A stretch of DNA of 64,000 bases from assembly GCA_965223545.1 (NCBI GenBank), contig OZ245006.1:5984001-6048000 (forward strand). Reading direction: 5' to 3'. A program made the position numbers and the translations under genes. This document shows, piece by piece, positions 40,612-50,513 of this stretch; the first letter of the stretch is position 1; each line of letters starts with the position of its first letter. Source of the DNA: Planctomycetota bacterium (GTDB taxonomy: Bacteria > Planctomycetota > UBA1135 > UBA2386). The notes beneath the pieces are model-generated. The model was not told the origin of the DNA, did no database searches, and saw nothing but the letters and a program-made list of their open reading frames with translations.

Positions 40612-41948
40612 GGTCCTACTTTCGACCGGCGTGGGCGATAGCGCACTATATTATAGTCTATTATCGCAACTTGAGGGTGGTGAGCCGGGTGCAGAGGGTT
40701 CGTCGCGCGATTCGGGTCTGCGCGGCGTCCTTGCGAAGGGGGTCGTGGACCAACGCCCGATAGGGTCGTGCCGGCGATCTCTGGTTGGGCGGCGACCACC
40801 GACACCGTGTTGCCGGCGCGTCCGATCTTCTTGGCAGCAGCCAGGTAGGAGCGAAGGTCCGACTGCGGATTCATGGCGGGCACCAGGAGGAGGTCTGGCT
40901 CGACCCGGCGCCACAGCTCGGGTGCCAGATCGTCGCAGTGGTCGAGGCAGATCGCGACCGCCAGCAGTCCGAACGGAGTGTCGAGCAAACGAACCACGTT
41001 GCCGGGATGGATGTGCTCCTCGCGCAGGTGTGCAGCGCCGGCCGGCAGCTCACCGCTGGCAATGAAGGCGGCGAGCTTGTCGTGCCACATCAGCCGTTCG
41101 CCCCGCGAGCCCAGCAGAACCGCGCGGTTCACCGGACGCTCGTGCTCGGAGACGCGCTCATGAAAGCTGCCGGCGAGGACGAGTTGGATGCGGTGGTGGT
41201 TGGTTGCGAGCCAGGACGATATCCTCGCGCGCAGCGCGGGGGTGACGCTCAGCTCCGGCAACACGACGACGTGCGTTCGGTCGCGGACCCGTTGGAGCAG
41301 CGCCTCGATCTCACGCCACCGGTCGGTCTCGTTGGCCAGCCCATCGGCGATGAACGAGTTCTGAGTCGCGGGTCGCGCGTCCAACTCGCAGTGTTGCGAG
41401 AACGTGGCGGCGGTGACGCGCACCAGGCCCCGCAACGAGGTCGTCAGCCGCTGACTGCTCGACCGCGGCATGCGTACGATCTCGACGCAGTGTCCCGCCA
41501 GCCGGCGTGGGACGATGCGGCAGTGTCGAAACCAGTGGGGGAGCTTCTTCTGACGTGCATGCCGGGAGTACGGGCGACAGCGGACCTGGACCAGGAACTG
41601 GCCAAGCGGGTGCTGGACGGTGGCGACGCGTGATCGGGGGCGTGGCGCCGGCGTGGTCCGTTCGCCGCCGGCGAACTCGACGTCGAGCGCAGCCGCAACT
41701 GTCAGAGGGTCGGCGCGGAACTCCGACGGCAGCGGGAGCCCCCTCCGGCCGGCATCGACCAGCGCGCCCAGCCGGCGGTCGCGTGACGGGTCATCGATCT
41801 CCGTGACACCCGCCGCGTGACGCGCGCGCCCGAGCAACTCGGCGTCTTCCTGCAAGGCTACCCAGAGCGTCACGAGCGCCGTGGCGATAGAGTTGTGCTG
41901 GCCGCTGTTTGCGGCGTCCCAGACTGCGGGCAAATCGATTCCGGGCAC
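40596..41948 (-). CDS. Carbon-nitrogen hydrolase (nitrilase-fold) domain protein with unknown N-terminal region
   Basis: VVVLPEL (E), LAGS, NRAVLL, HDK (K), TPFGLLAVAICLD (C), DLLLVPAM; GTG start after GGAG. Confidence 0.75.
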   Translation of the reverse strand: MPGIDLPAVWDAANSGQHNSIATALVTLWVALQEDAELLGRARHAAGVTEIDDPSRDRRLGALVDAGRRGLPLPSEFRADPLTVAAALDVEFAGGERTTPAPRPRSRVATVQHPLGQFLVQVRCRPYSRHARQKKLPHWFRHCRIVPRRLAGHCVEIVRMPRSSSQRLTTSLRGLVRVTAATFSQHCELDARPATQNSFIADGLANETDRWREIEALLQRVRDRTHVVVLPELSVTPALRARISSWLATNHHRIQLVLAGSFHERVSEHERPVNRAVLLGSRGERLMWHDKLAAFIASGELPAGAAHLREEHIHPGNVVRLLDTPFGLLAVAICLDHCDDLAPELWRRVEPDLLLVPAMNPQSDLRSYLAAAKKIGRAGNTVSVVAAQPEIAGTTLSGVGPRPPSQGRRADPNRATNPLHPAHHPQVAIIDYNIVRYRPRRSKVGPWSFD

Positions 41949-42046
41949 CCGTGATTCTCCGGTCGGGTGTTTGCGGGACTGGACGGACGACTGGGGCGGA
42001 AGATACCGGACCTCCCGGGTTGGGCCAAGTCGCCGCGACACCGGAT

Positions 42047-43156
42047 CTACAGCGCGCGTTCGAAGATCCTGTAGCGCTGGTACTCTCGCCCGCCCAGCGT
42101 GTCGAGGACGCTCAACATGCGGTGGTTGTCTTCGAGGATCCAGCTGGCCTCGACCAGAGGATAGCCGACGCCCGGCGCGGTGTAGAAGAGGTAGCGCAGG
42201 AGGAGCACGTCGAGGCCGGTCTTGCGGTGTTCGGGCACGACGCCCAGGGTCAGCACGCGCGCGCGCGGCGTCGCCTTGATCGCGCGCAGGAAGCGCCACC
42301 ACCCCAGTGGCCACAGGCGGCCGCCGCAGGCGCGGGCGCCGGCGTTGGCGTCGGGGAGACAGACCGCGAACGCGACCGGCTCGTCCTCGACCTCGACGAA
42401 CACCAGGAGATCGCGGTGGGCGATGTGCACCATGTCGCGCGCCGAGCGGCGGAACTCGTCCTCGAGCATCGGCACGAAGCCCCAGTTCTTTTCCCAGATG
42501 CGGTGGTAGAGCCGCCAGACCGTGTCGATCTCGGTATCGAATCGGCGGAGCTGCACCGGGCGGATGCGGGCGCCGGTGCGCTGCGCGATGCGCCCCGCCA
42601 GGCGGTCGAAGCGTGTCACGTCGCATTCGGCGCTGTTCATCATCAACGCGACCACGTCCTTGACCTTGGCCAGCCCCCAATGCTCGAGCCAGGCCGCGTA
42701 GTGCGGCGGGTTGTGCGGCATCATCATCACCGGTGGACCGGGCTCGCCGGCGATGCGCAGACCGCAGCGGTAGTTGGTCGACAGGTCGATGGGGCCGCGG
42801 ATCGAGGTCGCGCCGCGCGCGGCGAGCCAGCCGGCGGCGTGGTCCAGCAGCGCGGTGGCGCTCTCGCGGTCGGTGGCCTCGAAGTGACCGAAGAAGCCGA
42901 CGCGGTCGCCGTGGAACTCGTCGTGCACCGCGTTGCGCACTGCGCTGATGCGACCGGTCACCCGTCCGTCGCGCTCGGCCAGGGCGAAGTCCGCTTCCGC
43001 GCGGGTGAAGAACGGGTTGCGGCGCGGGTCGACCTGCCACGCCTCGGTGGCGACGATCGGCGGGACGTAGTCGGGATCTCCCCGGTAGAAGGCGCGCTGT
43101 GCCGCCAAGAAGCGGCGCGGGCTGCGGGGGGGGCGGATCCGCGGCGGCGAAGGCAT
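42047..43156 (-). CDS. GNAT family N-acetyltransferase (YghO-like)
   Basis: NPFF, GRISA, GFFGHFE, MMPHNPPHY, NWGFVP, LGVVPEHRKTG, SWILEDN. Confidence 0.85.
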   Translation of the reverse strand: MPSPPRIRPPRSPRRFLAAQRAFYRGDPDYVPPIVATEAWQVDPRRNPFFTRAEADFALAERDGRVTGRISAVRNAVHDEFHGDRVGFFGHFEATDRESATALLDHAAGWLAARGATSIRGPIDLSTNYRCGLRIAGEPGPPVMMMPHNPPHYAAWLEHWGLAKVKDVVALMMNSAECDVTRFDRLAGRIAQRTGARIRPVQLRRFDTEIDTVWRLYHRIWEKNWGFVPMLEDEFRRSARDMVHIAHRDLLVFVEVEDEPVAFAVCLPDANAGARACGGRLWPLGWWRFLRAIKATPRARVLTLGVVPEHRKTGLDVLLLRYLFYTAPGVGYPLVEASWILEDNHRMLSVLDTLGGREYQRYRIFERAL

Positions 43157-43192
43157 GGGCAACGCAGGGTAACGGCGCTACATTCCGGCGCC

Positions 43193-44089
43193 ATGCTGGC
43201 GCCCTCGCTCTGGCGAACCGGTCTTCTCTGTCTCACCGCGTGCGCGGCCGTGGAGCCGCCGCGGACGGTCCCGCGCCCCGACGCGGCCCAGCTAGAGGCG
43301 CTGCAGGCGGCGGAGCGCTTGTATCGCGAGCAGAGCGAGGACTTCGCCGCCGCGCGCGACGCGTTGGCGGCGGATCCGGTGACCGCGTTCTGGCTCACCC
43401 GGATGTTGGTGCTCGACGTCGTGCGCGGGCTCGATGCAGCGCAGTCGACCGACCACGACTTCCTGGCGACGGTCGCCGAGGGAGCGGTGGTCCACCCGGT
43501 GTTCGTCCGGGCGCTGACCCAGCTCGAGGCGCTCGGCGCGGCGGCGGTCCCCGCTGTCGCCGAGGACCTGCTGCGCCACCGCTACAGCGACCGGCGTCGG
43601 CTCGGGGTCGACGTGCTCGCGTCGATGGGGCCGGCGGTGTTGCCGGCGCTGTCGGAGTTGCTCGACGACCCGGATTGGCGCACTCGCAATCACGTGATGG
43701 CGGTGCTGCTGGCGATGCCGGCAGCGGCGGATCCAGAAGCAGTCGCGCCGCTGATCGAGCGTGGCCTGCGCGACCCGGAGTTCGCGGTGCGGGCTTCCGC
43801 GGTGCGCGCGCTGCCGCAACTCGGTCCGGAAGCGGCGCCGCGTCTGCGCGCTTTGTTGGTCGACGACCCGGATGCATACGTCCGGCGCAGCGCGGCGACC
43901 GTCCTCGGCGAGTACCCGGATCGCGACACGGCGCGCGCCCTGGTGGAGTTCTACGGCGTGGCGTTGGCCGACGGCGATCACGAGGCCGTGCGCGCCGCTG
44001 ACGACAGCTTGCGTCGCATCGCCGGGCGGCGCGACCCCGGCGACCTCGGATTCTGGCGCGCGTGGTTGGTTTCTTGGGAGGGGCGCTGA
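43193..44089 (+). CDS. HEAT-repeat lipoprotein
   Basis: LTAC lipobox; LLDDPDWRTR, LRDPEFAVRASA, DDPDAYVRRSAA. Confidence 0.8.
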   Translation: MLAPSLWRTGLLCLTACAAVEPPRTVPRPDAAQLEALQAAERLYREQSEDFAAARDALAADPVTAFWLTRMLVLDVVRGLDAAQSTDHDFLATVAEGAVVHPVFVRALTQLEALGAAAVPAVAEDLLRHRYSDRRRLGVDVLASMGPAVLPALSELLDDPDWRTRNHVMAVLLAMPAAADPEAVAPLIERGLRDPEFAVRASAVRALPQLGPEAAPRLRALLVDDPDAYVRRSAATVLGEYPDRDTARALVEFYGVALADGDHEAVRAADDSLRRIAGRRDPGDLGFWRAWLVSWEGR

Positions 44090-44090
44090 C

Positions 44091-44594
44091 GTGGAGCAGT
44101 GGAAGATCGTGAAGGATCGGGCCAAGTGCACGCAGTCGGGATGCCCACTGGGCAGCACGCTGGAGTACATCGCGGTTCTCGAGCTGCCGTCGTGCGTGCG
44201 CCGCGATCTGTGCGAGCGCTGCTTTGCCGACCGCGTCCGCCAGGAAGGCGAGCCGCTGTATTGGCGGGGGCGCCGCCGGCACGCCAACAAGGGGCCGACC
44301 CTGGACCTCGCCTCGCTGCGGCAGCTGTTCGATCGGCTCGGCGAGGTCGACGGCGCTGATCCGGAAAAGGCGGCGACGGCCGGCGGCCTGCGCTATCTGG
44401 TCGCCCTGCTTCTGCTGCGCAAGCGCGTGCTCAAGATGGTCGACGCCGAGACCGAAGCCGACGAGGCCGCCGACCTGGTGGTGGTCGATCCGAAGGTCGA
44501 CGGCATGCGGCCGGTGGCGCTGTTCGCGCCGGAGCTGGATACCGAGCGGCTGTCGACGCTCAAGGACGAGCTCCTGGCGGCGATCGAGGTGTAG
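44091..44594 (+). CDS. Conserved hypothetical protein with Cys cluster (possible Zn binding)
   Basis: CTQSGC...RRDLCERC...YWR and LRYLVALLLLRKRVLK. Confidence 0.7.
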   Translation: MEQWKIVKDRAKCTQSGCPLGSTLEYIAVLELPSCVRRDLCERCFADRVRQEGEPLYWRGRRRHANKGPTLDLASLRQLFDRLGEVDGADPEKAATAGGLRYLVALLLLRKRVLKMVDAETEADEAADLVVVDPKVDGMRPVALFAPELDTERLSTLKDELLAAIEV

Positions 44595-44625
44595 ACCGGT
44601 GGGCTGATCGGCCGAAACCCCGGGT

Positions 44626-44928
44626 ATGGAGCCGGGGTCATTGCCGCCGCAGGTCGTCATTGCCGCGACGTTTCTGCCGATCTATGGGCTGCCGCTGCTG
44701 CTCGCGTTGACGCGGGCACTGCAGGAGCCGTGGCGCCGGTGGGCGGCGCTGCTGTCTCCGTTCGTGCTCGCCCTATTCCTGTTCTGGATTGCAGAGCCGG
44801 TGATGTACAACGGGAACCTGCTCGCCGCGCTCTTGTACGTCGTGTACTTCGTGGCTTGCGCTGCGTACGGTGTCGTCCTCTTGGTCGTGCTCTTGCTGAC
44901 CAAGATCGCGGTCATTGGCGACCGCTGA
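44626..44928 (+). CDS. Small hydrophobic membrane protein
   Basis: Three hydrophobic segments in 100 aa. Confidence 0.6.
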   Translation: MEPGSLPPQVVIAATFLPIYGLPLLLALTRALQEPWRRWAALLSPFVLALFLFWIAEPVMYNGNLLAALLYVVYFVACAAYGVVLLVVLLLTKIAVIGDR

Positions 44929-44988
44929 GGGGGGCACCCTCGGCGCCGGCGCTTGACGCCCGGCGGGGACTCGCCAAGACTGTTGGTC

Positions 44989-45768
44989 ATGCGTCAGGCA
45001 TCCCTCCTCTTGTTGTGTGGCGCGGCGGTCTCGTGTGGTGGAGATTGGGACCGCGTGTCGCTCGGCACCGTCGGTGCCACCCTACCGGTCGCCGGCGATC
45101 TCGAGGGTGTCGATGTTCGCATCCCGGTCGGGCGCGTGGAGTTGGTGCCCGGGGCCGGCAGCGAGGTGCGGCTGCAGTGCGAGGTCCGGGTCGTCAAGAG
45201 CCGGATCACTGGCGACGCGGAGCCGGCCAAGCCGCGGTTCGAAGAGCACGTGGTCGCCGAGATCGTCGATGGCGTGCTCACGGTGCGGAGCGCGCACGCT
45301 GACGATGCCAGTCCCGATGACTGGTCGCATCACCTGACGCTGGAGGTGCCGGGGGCGCCGGCGGTCAACGCACGCATTGGCGTCGGCCACATCGCGTCGT
45401 CGTTGCCCGAGCTGGCGGGCATCGAGGTGAACGCCGGCACGGGCCACGTGCGCATCGAGGCCACGGCGGTGCGCGGCGCGATCCGCAGCCGGGTCGGGGT
45501 GGGCAACATCCACACCACGGTCGGCGCGGCGGGGCCGAGCGGCGGGGTCGACCTGGAGACGGGCACCGGTGACGTCGCTCTGCGCTTGCCGGCGGAGGTG
45601 CGCGGCTCCTTTTCGCTGTCTACAGCGGTCGGTGGCGTGACCGTTGCCGAGCGTTTCGGCCTCGAGGTCGAGCGCGGCACCGTCGCCGCCAGTGCGAGCG
45701 GTGTCGTCGGTAGTGGCGGGGCGCAGCATCGACTGCATTGCGCGGTCGGCAGCGTGCGGCTGCAGTAA
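44989..45768 (+). CDS. DUF4097-like beta-strand-repeat lipoprotein
   Basis: AVSC lipobox; repeated GVGHI/GTGHV/GVGNI/GTGDV. Confidence 0.7.
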   Translation: MRQASLLLLCGAAVSCGGDWDRVSLGTVGATLPVAGDLEGVDVRIPVGRVELVPGAGSEVRLQCEVRVVKSRITGDAEPAKPRFEEHVVAEIVDGVLTVRSAHADDASPDDWSHHLTLEVPGAPAVNARIGVGHIASSLPELAGIEVNAGTGHVRIEATAVRGAIRSRVGVGNIHTTVGAAGPSGGVDLETGTGDVALRLPAEVRGSFSLSTAVGGVTVAERFGLEVERGTVAASASGVVGSGGAQHRLHCAVGSVRLQ

Positions 45769-45799
45769 GCGAGAAAATCGAGCCGGACTCCGTACTGTC
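45768..45799 (+). repeat. 32-bp post-stop repeat, copy 1
   Basis: AGCGAGAAAATCGAGCCGGACTCCGTACTGTC; 28/32 identical to 50977-51008. Confidence 0.6.
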
Positions 45800-46395
45800 T
45801 ATTGGTCGCGCCAGGTGACGAGCCAGCGGAATGGGCCGTCGCGTTCGCGGACGCGGTCGACCGACAGCTCGAGGGTTGCGCGCCGCTCGGTGTGGTCGGT
45901 CTCGGCGCCGCGGGGTTTGGGCGTCACGGCGCTGCTCGCGACCCGGCCGGGGACGTCCACCTCGAAGGCGACCAGGTCGGGGGCGCCGAGGTCGCGCCGG
46001 GGGTCGAAGGTCTGTCGCGCAGCGTCGCGGTCGCCCGCGGCGGGGGTCATCATCGCGGGCCACTGCGCGTCGGCGCCGCCCGGCAGGACCAGCTCCAGGT
46101 AGTGGAACCCCGCGGGCGTCGTGCCACTCTGCAGCTGCAGGTCGGCGAGCTCGAGTCCACCGGCTGCGGCAAATGTGCCGTGTGCGCACGCCAGCTGCAC
46201 GCGCCGGTCCCACTGGACGCCGGTGCTCGCCTGCTCGAGCGGCGCGCGTTCGTCCGTGGTCAAGAGGCTGCTGGTGGTCACCTGGCCCGAGCCGTCGGCG
46301 TTCAGCTGGATGCGCACGGTGGCGACCGCGCTGTTGCCACAGGCTGCGGAGAGGCTGGCGAGCGCCAGCAGAGAGCCCAGTCGGACGGCGCGCAT
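45799..46395 (-). CDS. Hypothetical lipoprotein
   Basis: LSAAC lipobox; VRIQLNADGSG. Confidence 0.65.
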   Translation of the reverse strand: MRAVRLGSLLALASLSAACGNSAVATVRIQLNADGSGQVTTSSLLTTDERAPLEQASTGVQWDRRVQLACAHGTFAAAGGLELADLQLQSGTTPAGFHYLELVLPGGADAQWPAMMTPAAGDRDAARQTFDPRRDLGAPDLVAFEVDVPGRVASSAVTPKPRGAETDHTERRATLELSVDRVRERDGPFRWLVTWRDQ

Positions 46396-46478
46396 GATGC
46401 CGCGCAACGATACTGGGGTGGCGGGGTGGGGGCCACGCTCGCTTGTCGGCCCGCCGCCGGAGTGTTACAGGGAGCAGG

Positions 46479-48290
46479 GTGAAGGCGCAGCGCACGCTTC
46501 CGGCGATGTTGGCTCGTCGCGCCGCGGCGACCCCGGACGCACTCGCCGTCACCGGTCCCGTGCCTTGCTCCTGGAGCACCTTCGCCCGCCGCGTGGGGGA
46601 GCTGGCTTGGGCGCTGCGCGACGCCGGCGTCGAGCCGGGCGAGTGCGTCGCGATTCTCGGGCCGACCGAGGTCGAGTGGGCGCTCGCCGACCAGGCGGTG
46701 CAGTGGGCGGGGGCGATCAGCGTCGGCCTGTACTCGACTTCGACCGCGGCGCAGATCGCGGGCGCCCTGGGCGATTGCCGTGCCCGGGTCGTGTTCGTCG
46801 GTTCGGCCGGTGACTGGGAGACGCTGTGCGCGGCGCGCGCCGCCGGAGCCCGCGTCGAGGTCGCCGTCGGCTGGGGCAGCGCGGTCGCCGGCGGCGGCGG
46901 CGCCGGGTTGCGGCCGTGGAAGGAGTTCGAGGCGCGCGGCCGGGCGTTGGCCGAACGCCATGGAGCATCGCCGATGGCGCCGGGACCGGACGACACGGCG
47001 ATCGTGATCTACACCTCGGGCACGACGGGGCGGGCCAAGGGCGCGATGCTCAGCCACCGCTCCTGCGTGTTCGCCGCCGATGCCATCGCCTCGCTGTTTC
47101 CGCTGCAGGTCGGCCGCGATCACACCGTGTCGTTCTTGCCGATGCCGCATGCCACCGAGCGCGTCGTCGGCTTCTACACCCGCATCCGCACCGGGATCGC
47201 GACCCGCTTCGTCGCCGCCGACGCCGCGGTCGTCGCCGGCGCGCTGCGCGAGGGGCGCCCCACGGTGTACGGCTGCGTGCCCCGCTTCTACGAGAAGGCG
47301 GTAGCGCAGGTGCAGGAGCACATCGACGCAGCCCGTCCCGCCCAGCGGCGGCTGCTGCGTTGGGCGCTCGGCGTCGGCGCCGACCGCGCCCGGCGGCTGC
47401 GCGCCGCGGAGCCCGTGCCGCCGTGGCTGGCGGCGCGCCACGCGGTTGCCGACGCGCTGGTGCTGCGTCGGGTGCGCGCCGCGTTCGGCGGCCGAGTGCG
47501 CGTCGCGGTCACCGGTGCTGCGTCGATCGATCCCGCGGTGCTCGACCGATTCGCGGCGTTCGGCATGCCGGTCTACCAGGGCTACGGCATGACCGAGTGC
47601 GCGGGTTTGGCGACCATCAATACGCCGGCCGCGCACCGCCTGGGCAGCGTCGGCCGTCCCATACCCGGCTTCGAAGTGCGGCTCGCCGCCGACGGGGAGG
47701 TCTTGCTGCGCTCCGAGGCGGTGTTCCAGGGCTACCTCAACATGCCCGACGAGTCGGCGGCGGTGTTGGACCGCGACGGCTGGCTGCACACCGGCGACGT
47801 CGGTCGGCTCGAGGACGGCTACCTGTGGATCACCGACCGCAAGAAGGACCTGATCGTCACCGCCGGTGGCAAGAACATCGCCCCGGCGGCGATCGAGGCG
47901 CGCTTGTCGAGCCCGTTGTTCGACGCGGTGATCGTCATCGGCGAGGCGAGGCCGTTCGTCGCGGCACTGCTGGGCCTGAACGTCGAGGCCGCGCGGCGCG
48001 TCGCGGGTGCGCCGTCGGCCGACCTCGCCCGCCTGGCGGACGATACCGTGGTCCGCCGCGCGATCGCGCGGGCCGTGGCGGCGGCCAACCAAGAGCTGGC
48101 GGAGCACGAGCGGGTGCGGCGGGTCCGGCTGCTGCCGCGGCCGCTGTCGCTTGCAAAAGGCGAGCTCACCCCCACCCTCAAAGTGCGCCGGGCGACGGTG
48201 TTGCGACGATTTACCGCCGAGGCCGACAGCCTCTACGGCGCAGCTGACGGCGCGGTGCTATCGGTGGATGCGCGGTCGGGAGAGCGCTGA
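46479..48290 (+). CDS. Long-chain fatty acid-CoA ligase (AMP-dependent synthetase)
   Basis: IYTSGTTGRAKG, YQGYGMTE, GWLHTGDVG, DRKKDLIVTAGGKNIAP, ELTPTLK. Confidence 0.92.
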   Translation: MKAQRTLPAMLARRAAATPDALAVTGPVPCSWSTFARRVGELAWALRDAGVEPGECVAILGPTEVEWALADQAVQWAGAISVGLYSTSTAAQIAGALGDCRARVVFVGSAGDWETLCAARAAGARVEVAVGWGSAVAGGGGAGLRPWKEFEARGRALAERHGASPMAPGPDDTAIVIYTSGTTGRAKGAMLSHRSCVFAADAIASLFPLQVGRDHTVSFLPMPHATERVVGFYTRIRTGIATRFVAADAAVVAGALREGRPTVYGCVPRFYEKAVAQVQEHIDAARPAQRRLLRWALGVGADRARRLRAAEPVPPWLAARHAVADALVLRRVRAAFGGRVRVAVTGAASIDPAVLDRFAAFGMPVYQGYGMTECAGLATINTPAAHRLGSVGRPIPGFEVRLAADGEVLLRSEAVFQGYLNMPDESAAVLDRDGWLHTGDVGRLEDGYLWITDRKKDLIVTAGGKNIAPAAIEARLSSPLFDAVIVIGEARPFVAALLGLNVEAARRVAGAPSADLARLADDTVVRRAIARAVAAANQELAEHERVRRVRLLPRPLSLAKGELTPTLKVRRATVLRRFTAEADSLYGAADGAVLSVDARSGER

Positions 48291-48292
48291 TC

Positions 48293-48315
48293 GGAGGGGC
48301 GGGAGGCCCCTCCTT
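48293..48315 (+). terminator. Possible terminator hairpin
   Basis: GGAGGGGC-gggag-GCCCCTCC stem right after the stop codon; weak U-tract. Confidence 0.35.
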
Positions 48316-48361
48316 CCGCTGCGCCGAACCGGTCCCAGTGTGGCATGATACTTCGTCACTC

Positions 48362-49750
48362 ATGCGCGCGATCGTGTTGTTCTTGCTGTTGCTCGCCGGC
48401 GCGGGCGGGGTCTGGGCCCTCGCCTCCGGGGGCGAGGGGCCGGTGCTGCCGGCGAATGCGGCGTCCAGCTCCGGCCGCGATGCCGCCGAGCGGCTGGCGG
48501 CCGGGGGTGCGCCGGGCGACCCGGGCGCCGTCGAGCCGGCGGCGGTTCCGCGCGCGGGATCCCCGCAACAGTCGGCCGACGGGGCCTCTGGACCGCGACC
48601 CGCGCAGACGCTCGCGGCGGCGGCCGGGGCGAGCGAGCGCCCCGCGGGCGCTCTCGAAGGGTCGCTCCGCTGGCACGAAACCGCGGATGTTTCCCTGTTC
48701 TCGGTGACCTATCGGCGCGACGGCGAGGCTCTGCAGCGCGCGATTCCGCTGACGTCGGCCGGCCGCTTCATGCTGCAGCGCGCCGAGCCCGGCAACATCG
48801 AGCTCCTGGTCAAGCTCCGCGATCACGCCCAGCCGCTGCACGTGATCCGCGAGCTGGAGCTCCCCGTGGGGGCCGACTCCAGGCTGCAGGACATCGACGT
48901 GACGATCGTGCGCCGCATCACGCTCACCGTGCTGGATGCGCAGCGGGCGCCCATCGACGCGCCGGTGCAGTTCGTCGCCGTGCCACCGAAGCGCAAGGAG
49001 GGTCGCTTTCGGCTGAACAAGTCACCCGGTGAGGGCGTCGAGTTCCTGGCCCGCCACACGCACTACGACGTGACGATCTGGGCCGCGGGCTACATGCCCG
49101 TGAAGCGCAAGATCAGTGGTGATGACACGGTGATCCTGGAGAGCGCCGCGCGATTGCGCGTCGCGCTCGAAGCGCCGCCCGGCGTGACGTCGGGGGCGCC
49201 GGTCGCCGAGCTCATGCACGTCGAGCCGGGCGGTCGGATGCGCAAGGTGCAGCACTTCGTGCCGCAGCCCGACCGGCGGATGTCGCCGGAACAGGTGCCG
49301 GCGGTGTCGCTGTTGCACAACCAGATGGACGCCACGTCGTCGACGCGAGAGTTCGCGATCCACGAGCCGGGCGTCTATCGCGTCGGGTGGGTCGTGCAGC
49401 GCCATCGCCGGGGCCAGCGCCGGCCCGCCGTGCTGCGCGGCGAGTTGCAGACGGTGAGCATCGCCCCCGGGGAGGTGCGCACGATTCGCTACCAGCTGCA
49501 GCCGGAGGACCTGCGCCGCAAGCGCGCGCCGGGCGCCGGGGAGGGGGCCGGCAACGCGGAGGGTGGGGCCCCCGGGGAGCGTCCGCCCGGGTCGCCCGGA
49601 TCGCCCGGGTCGAATGCTGGCAGTGGCAGGCCCGGAGGGGCTCCAGCCGGTGCGACGGAGCAGGCGGGCGGTGGCGGCACCGCGGGCGAGGCCGGCGGCG
49701 AGGGAGCGCCTCCCCGGCCGGGTCAGCGGCGGCGGAAGCGGACGAAGTAG
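48362..49750 (+). CDS. Hypothetical membrane-anchored/secreted protein
   Basis: N-terminal hydrophobic helix, beta-rich core, Gly/Pro-rich tail. Confidence 0.65.
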   Translation: MRAIVLFLLLLAGAGGVWALASGGEGPVLPANAASSSGRDAAERLAAGGAPGDPGAVEPAAVPRAGSPQQSADGASGPRPAQTLAAAAGASERPAGALEGSLRWHETADVSLFSVTYRRDGEALQRAIPLTSAGRFMLQRAEPGNIELLVKLRDHAQPLHVIRELELPVGADSRLQDIDVTIVRRITLTVLDAQRAPIDAPVQFVAVPPKRKEGRFRLNKSPGEGVEFLARHTHYDVTIWAAGYMPVKRKISGDDTVILESAARLRVALEAPPGVTSGAPVAELMHVEPGGRMRKVQHFVPQPDRRMSPEQVPAVSLLHNQMDATSSTREFAIHEPGVYRVGWVVQRHRRGQRRPAVLRGELQTVSIAPGEVRTIRYQLQPEDLRRKRAPGAGEGAGNAEGGAPGERPPGSPGSPGSNAGSGRPGGAPAGATEQAGGGGTAGEAGGEGAPPRPGQRRRKRTK

Positions 49751-50460
49751 TTCTCCACCAGGCCGTCGATCTCGATCTCTTCGACGAAGTCGAAGCCGGC
49801 CGCGGCCAGCTCGGCGATCACTTCCTGTTTGCCGGCGCGGACGTGGTTCAGCACCCATTCGCGGCTGACGCCCGGAATGCGCTCGAAGTCGACGATGACC
49901 AGATCGCCGCCCGGCCGCAGTGCCGCGCGGATCGACGCCAGCGTGCTGCGCGGGTACTCGAAATGGTGGTAGGTGTCGCAGAGGAACACCGCGTCGACCG
50001 AGGCCGTAGGCAGCTCGGCGGAGCGCTCCGTGCAGTGCACGACTTCGACGTTGGCATTTCGCATCTCCGCGGCGCGCCCGCGCAAGTGGGCGACCATCGC
50101 CGGTGCGATGTCAACGGCGTAGACCTTGCCGCCTGCGCCGACCGCGGTTGCCAGGGGCTCGAGGAACAGGCCCGTGCCCGCGCCGATGTCGGCCACCGAC
50201 TGGCCGGGCCGCAGGCCGATCGCCGCGGTGATCGAAGCGCGCTCGGCGGCGATCTCGCGGCTCTCGGTTTCGAAGCGCGCGACCATCTCGTCGATGTCGA
50301 GGTCCTCGGACAGGTAGCTGTCGTTGATGCCCGGGCGGACGCTCTCTTCGGGAGCGGCACACGCGAGCAGGGTCAGCGACACCGCGCCCGCACCCAGCAG
50401 TGCGGATGCGTTGGCGCGGCGGTCGGATCGGGTTGACTGCCAGTTGCGGGAGGCGACCAT
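49723..50460 (-). CDS. Class I SAM-dependent methyltransferase (possible lipoprotein)
   Basis: VADIGAGTG, VYAVDI, DTYHHF, LRPGG. Confidence 0.9.
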   Translation of the reverse strand: MVASRNWQSTRSDRRANASALLGAGAVSLTLLACAAPEESVRPGINDSYLSEDLDIDEMVARFETESREIAAERASITAAIGLRPGQSVADIGAGTGLFLEPLATAVGAGGKVYAVDIAPAMVAHLRGRAAEMRNANVEVVHCTERSAELPTASVDAVFLCDTYHHFEYPRSTLASIRAALRPGGDLVIVDFERIPGVSREWVLNHVRAGKQEVIAELAAAGFDFVEEIEIDGLVENYFVRFRRR

Positions 50461-50513
50461 GCCGGCGAGTCTAGCCCGGAGCGTGCCGGGTTACGCTGGC
50501 GGGCGAAAGACAC

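Noticed and set aside
41949..43040. N-terminal extension making the nitrilase ORF 814 aa
   Set aside because: Low-complexity out-of-frame overlap with the GNAT gene; GTG 41948 has a GGAG RBS.
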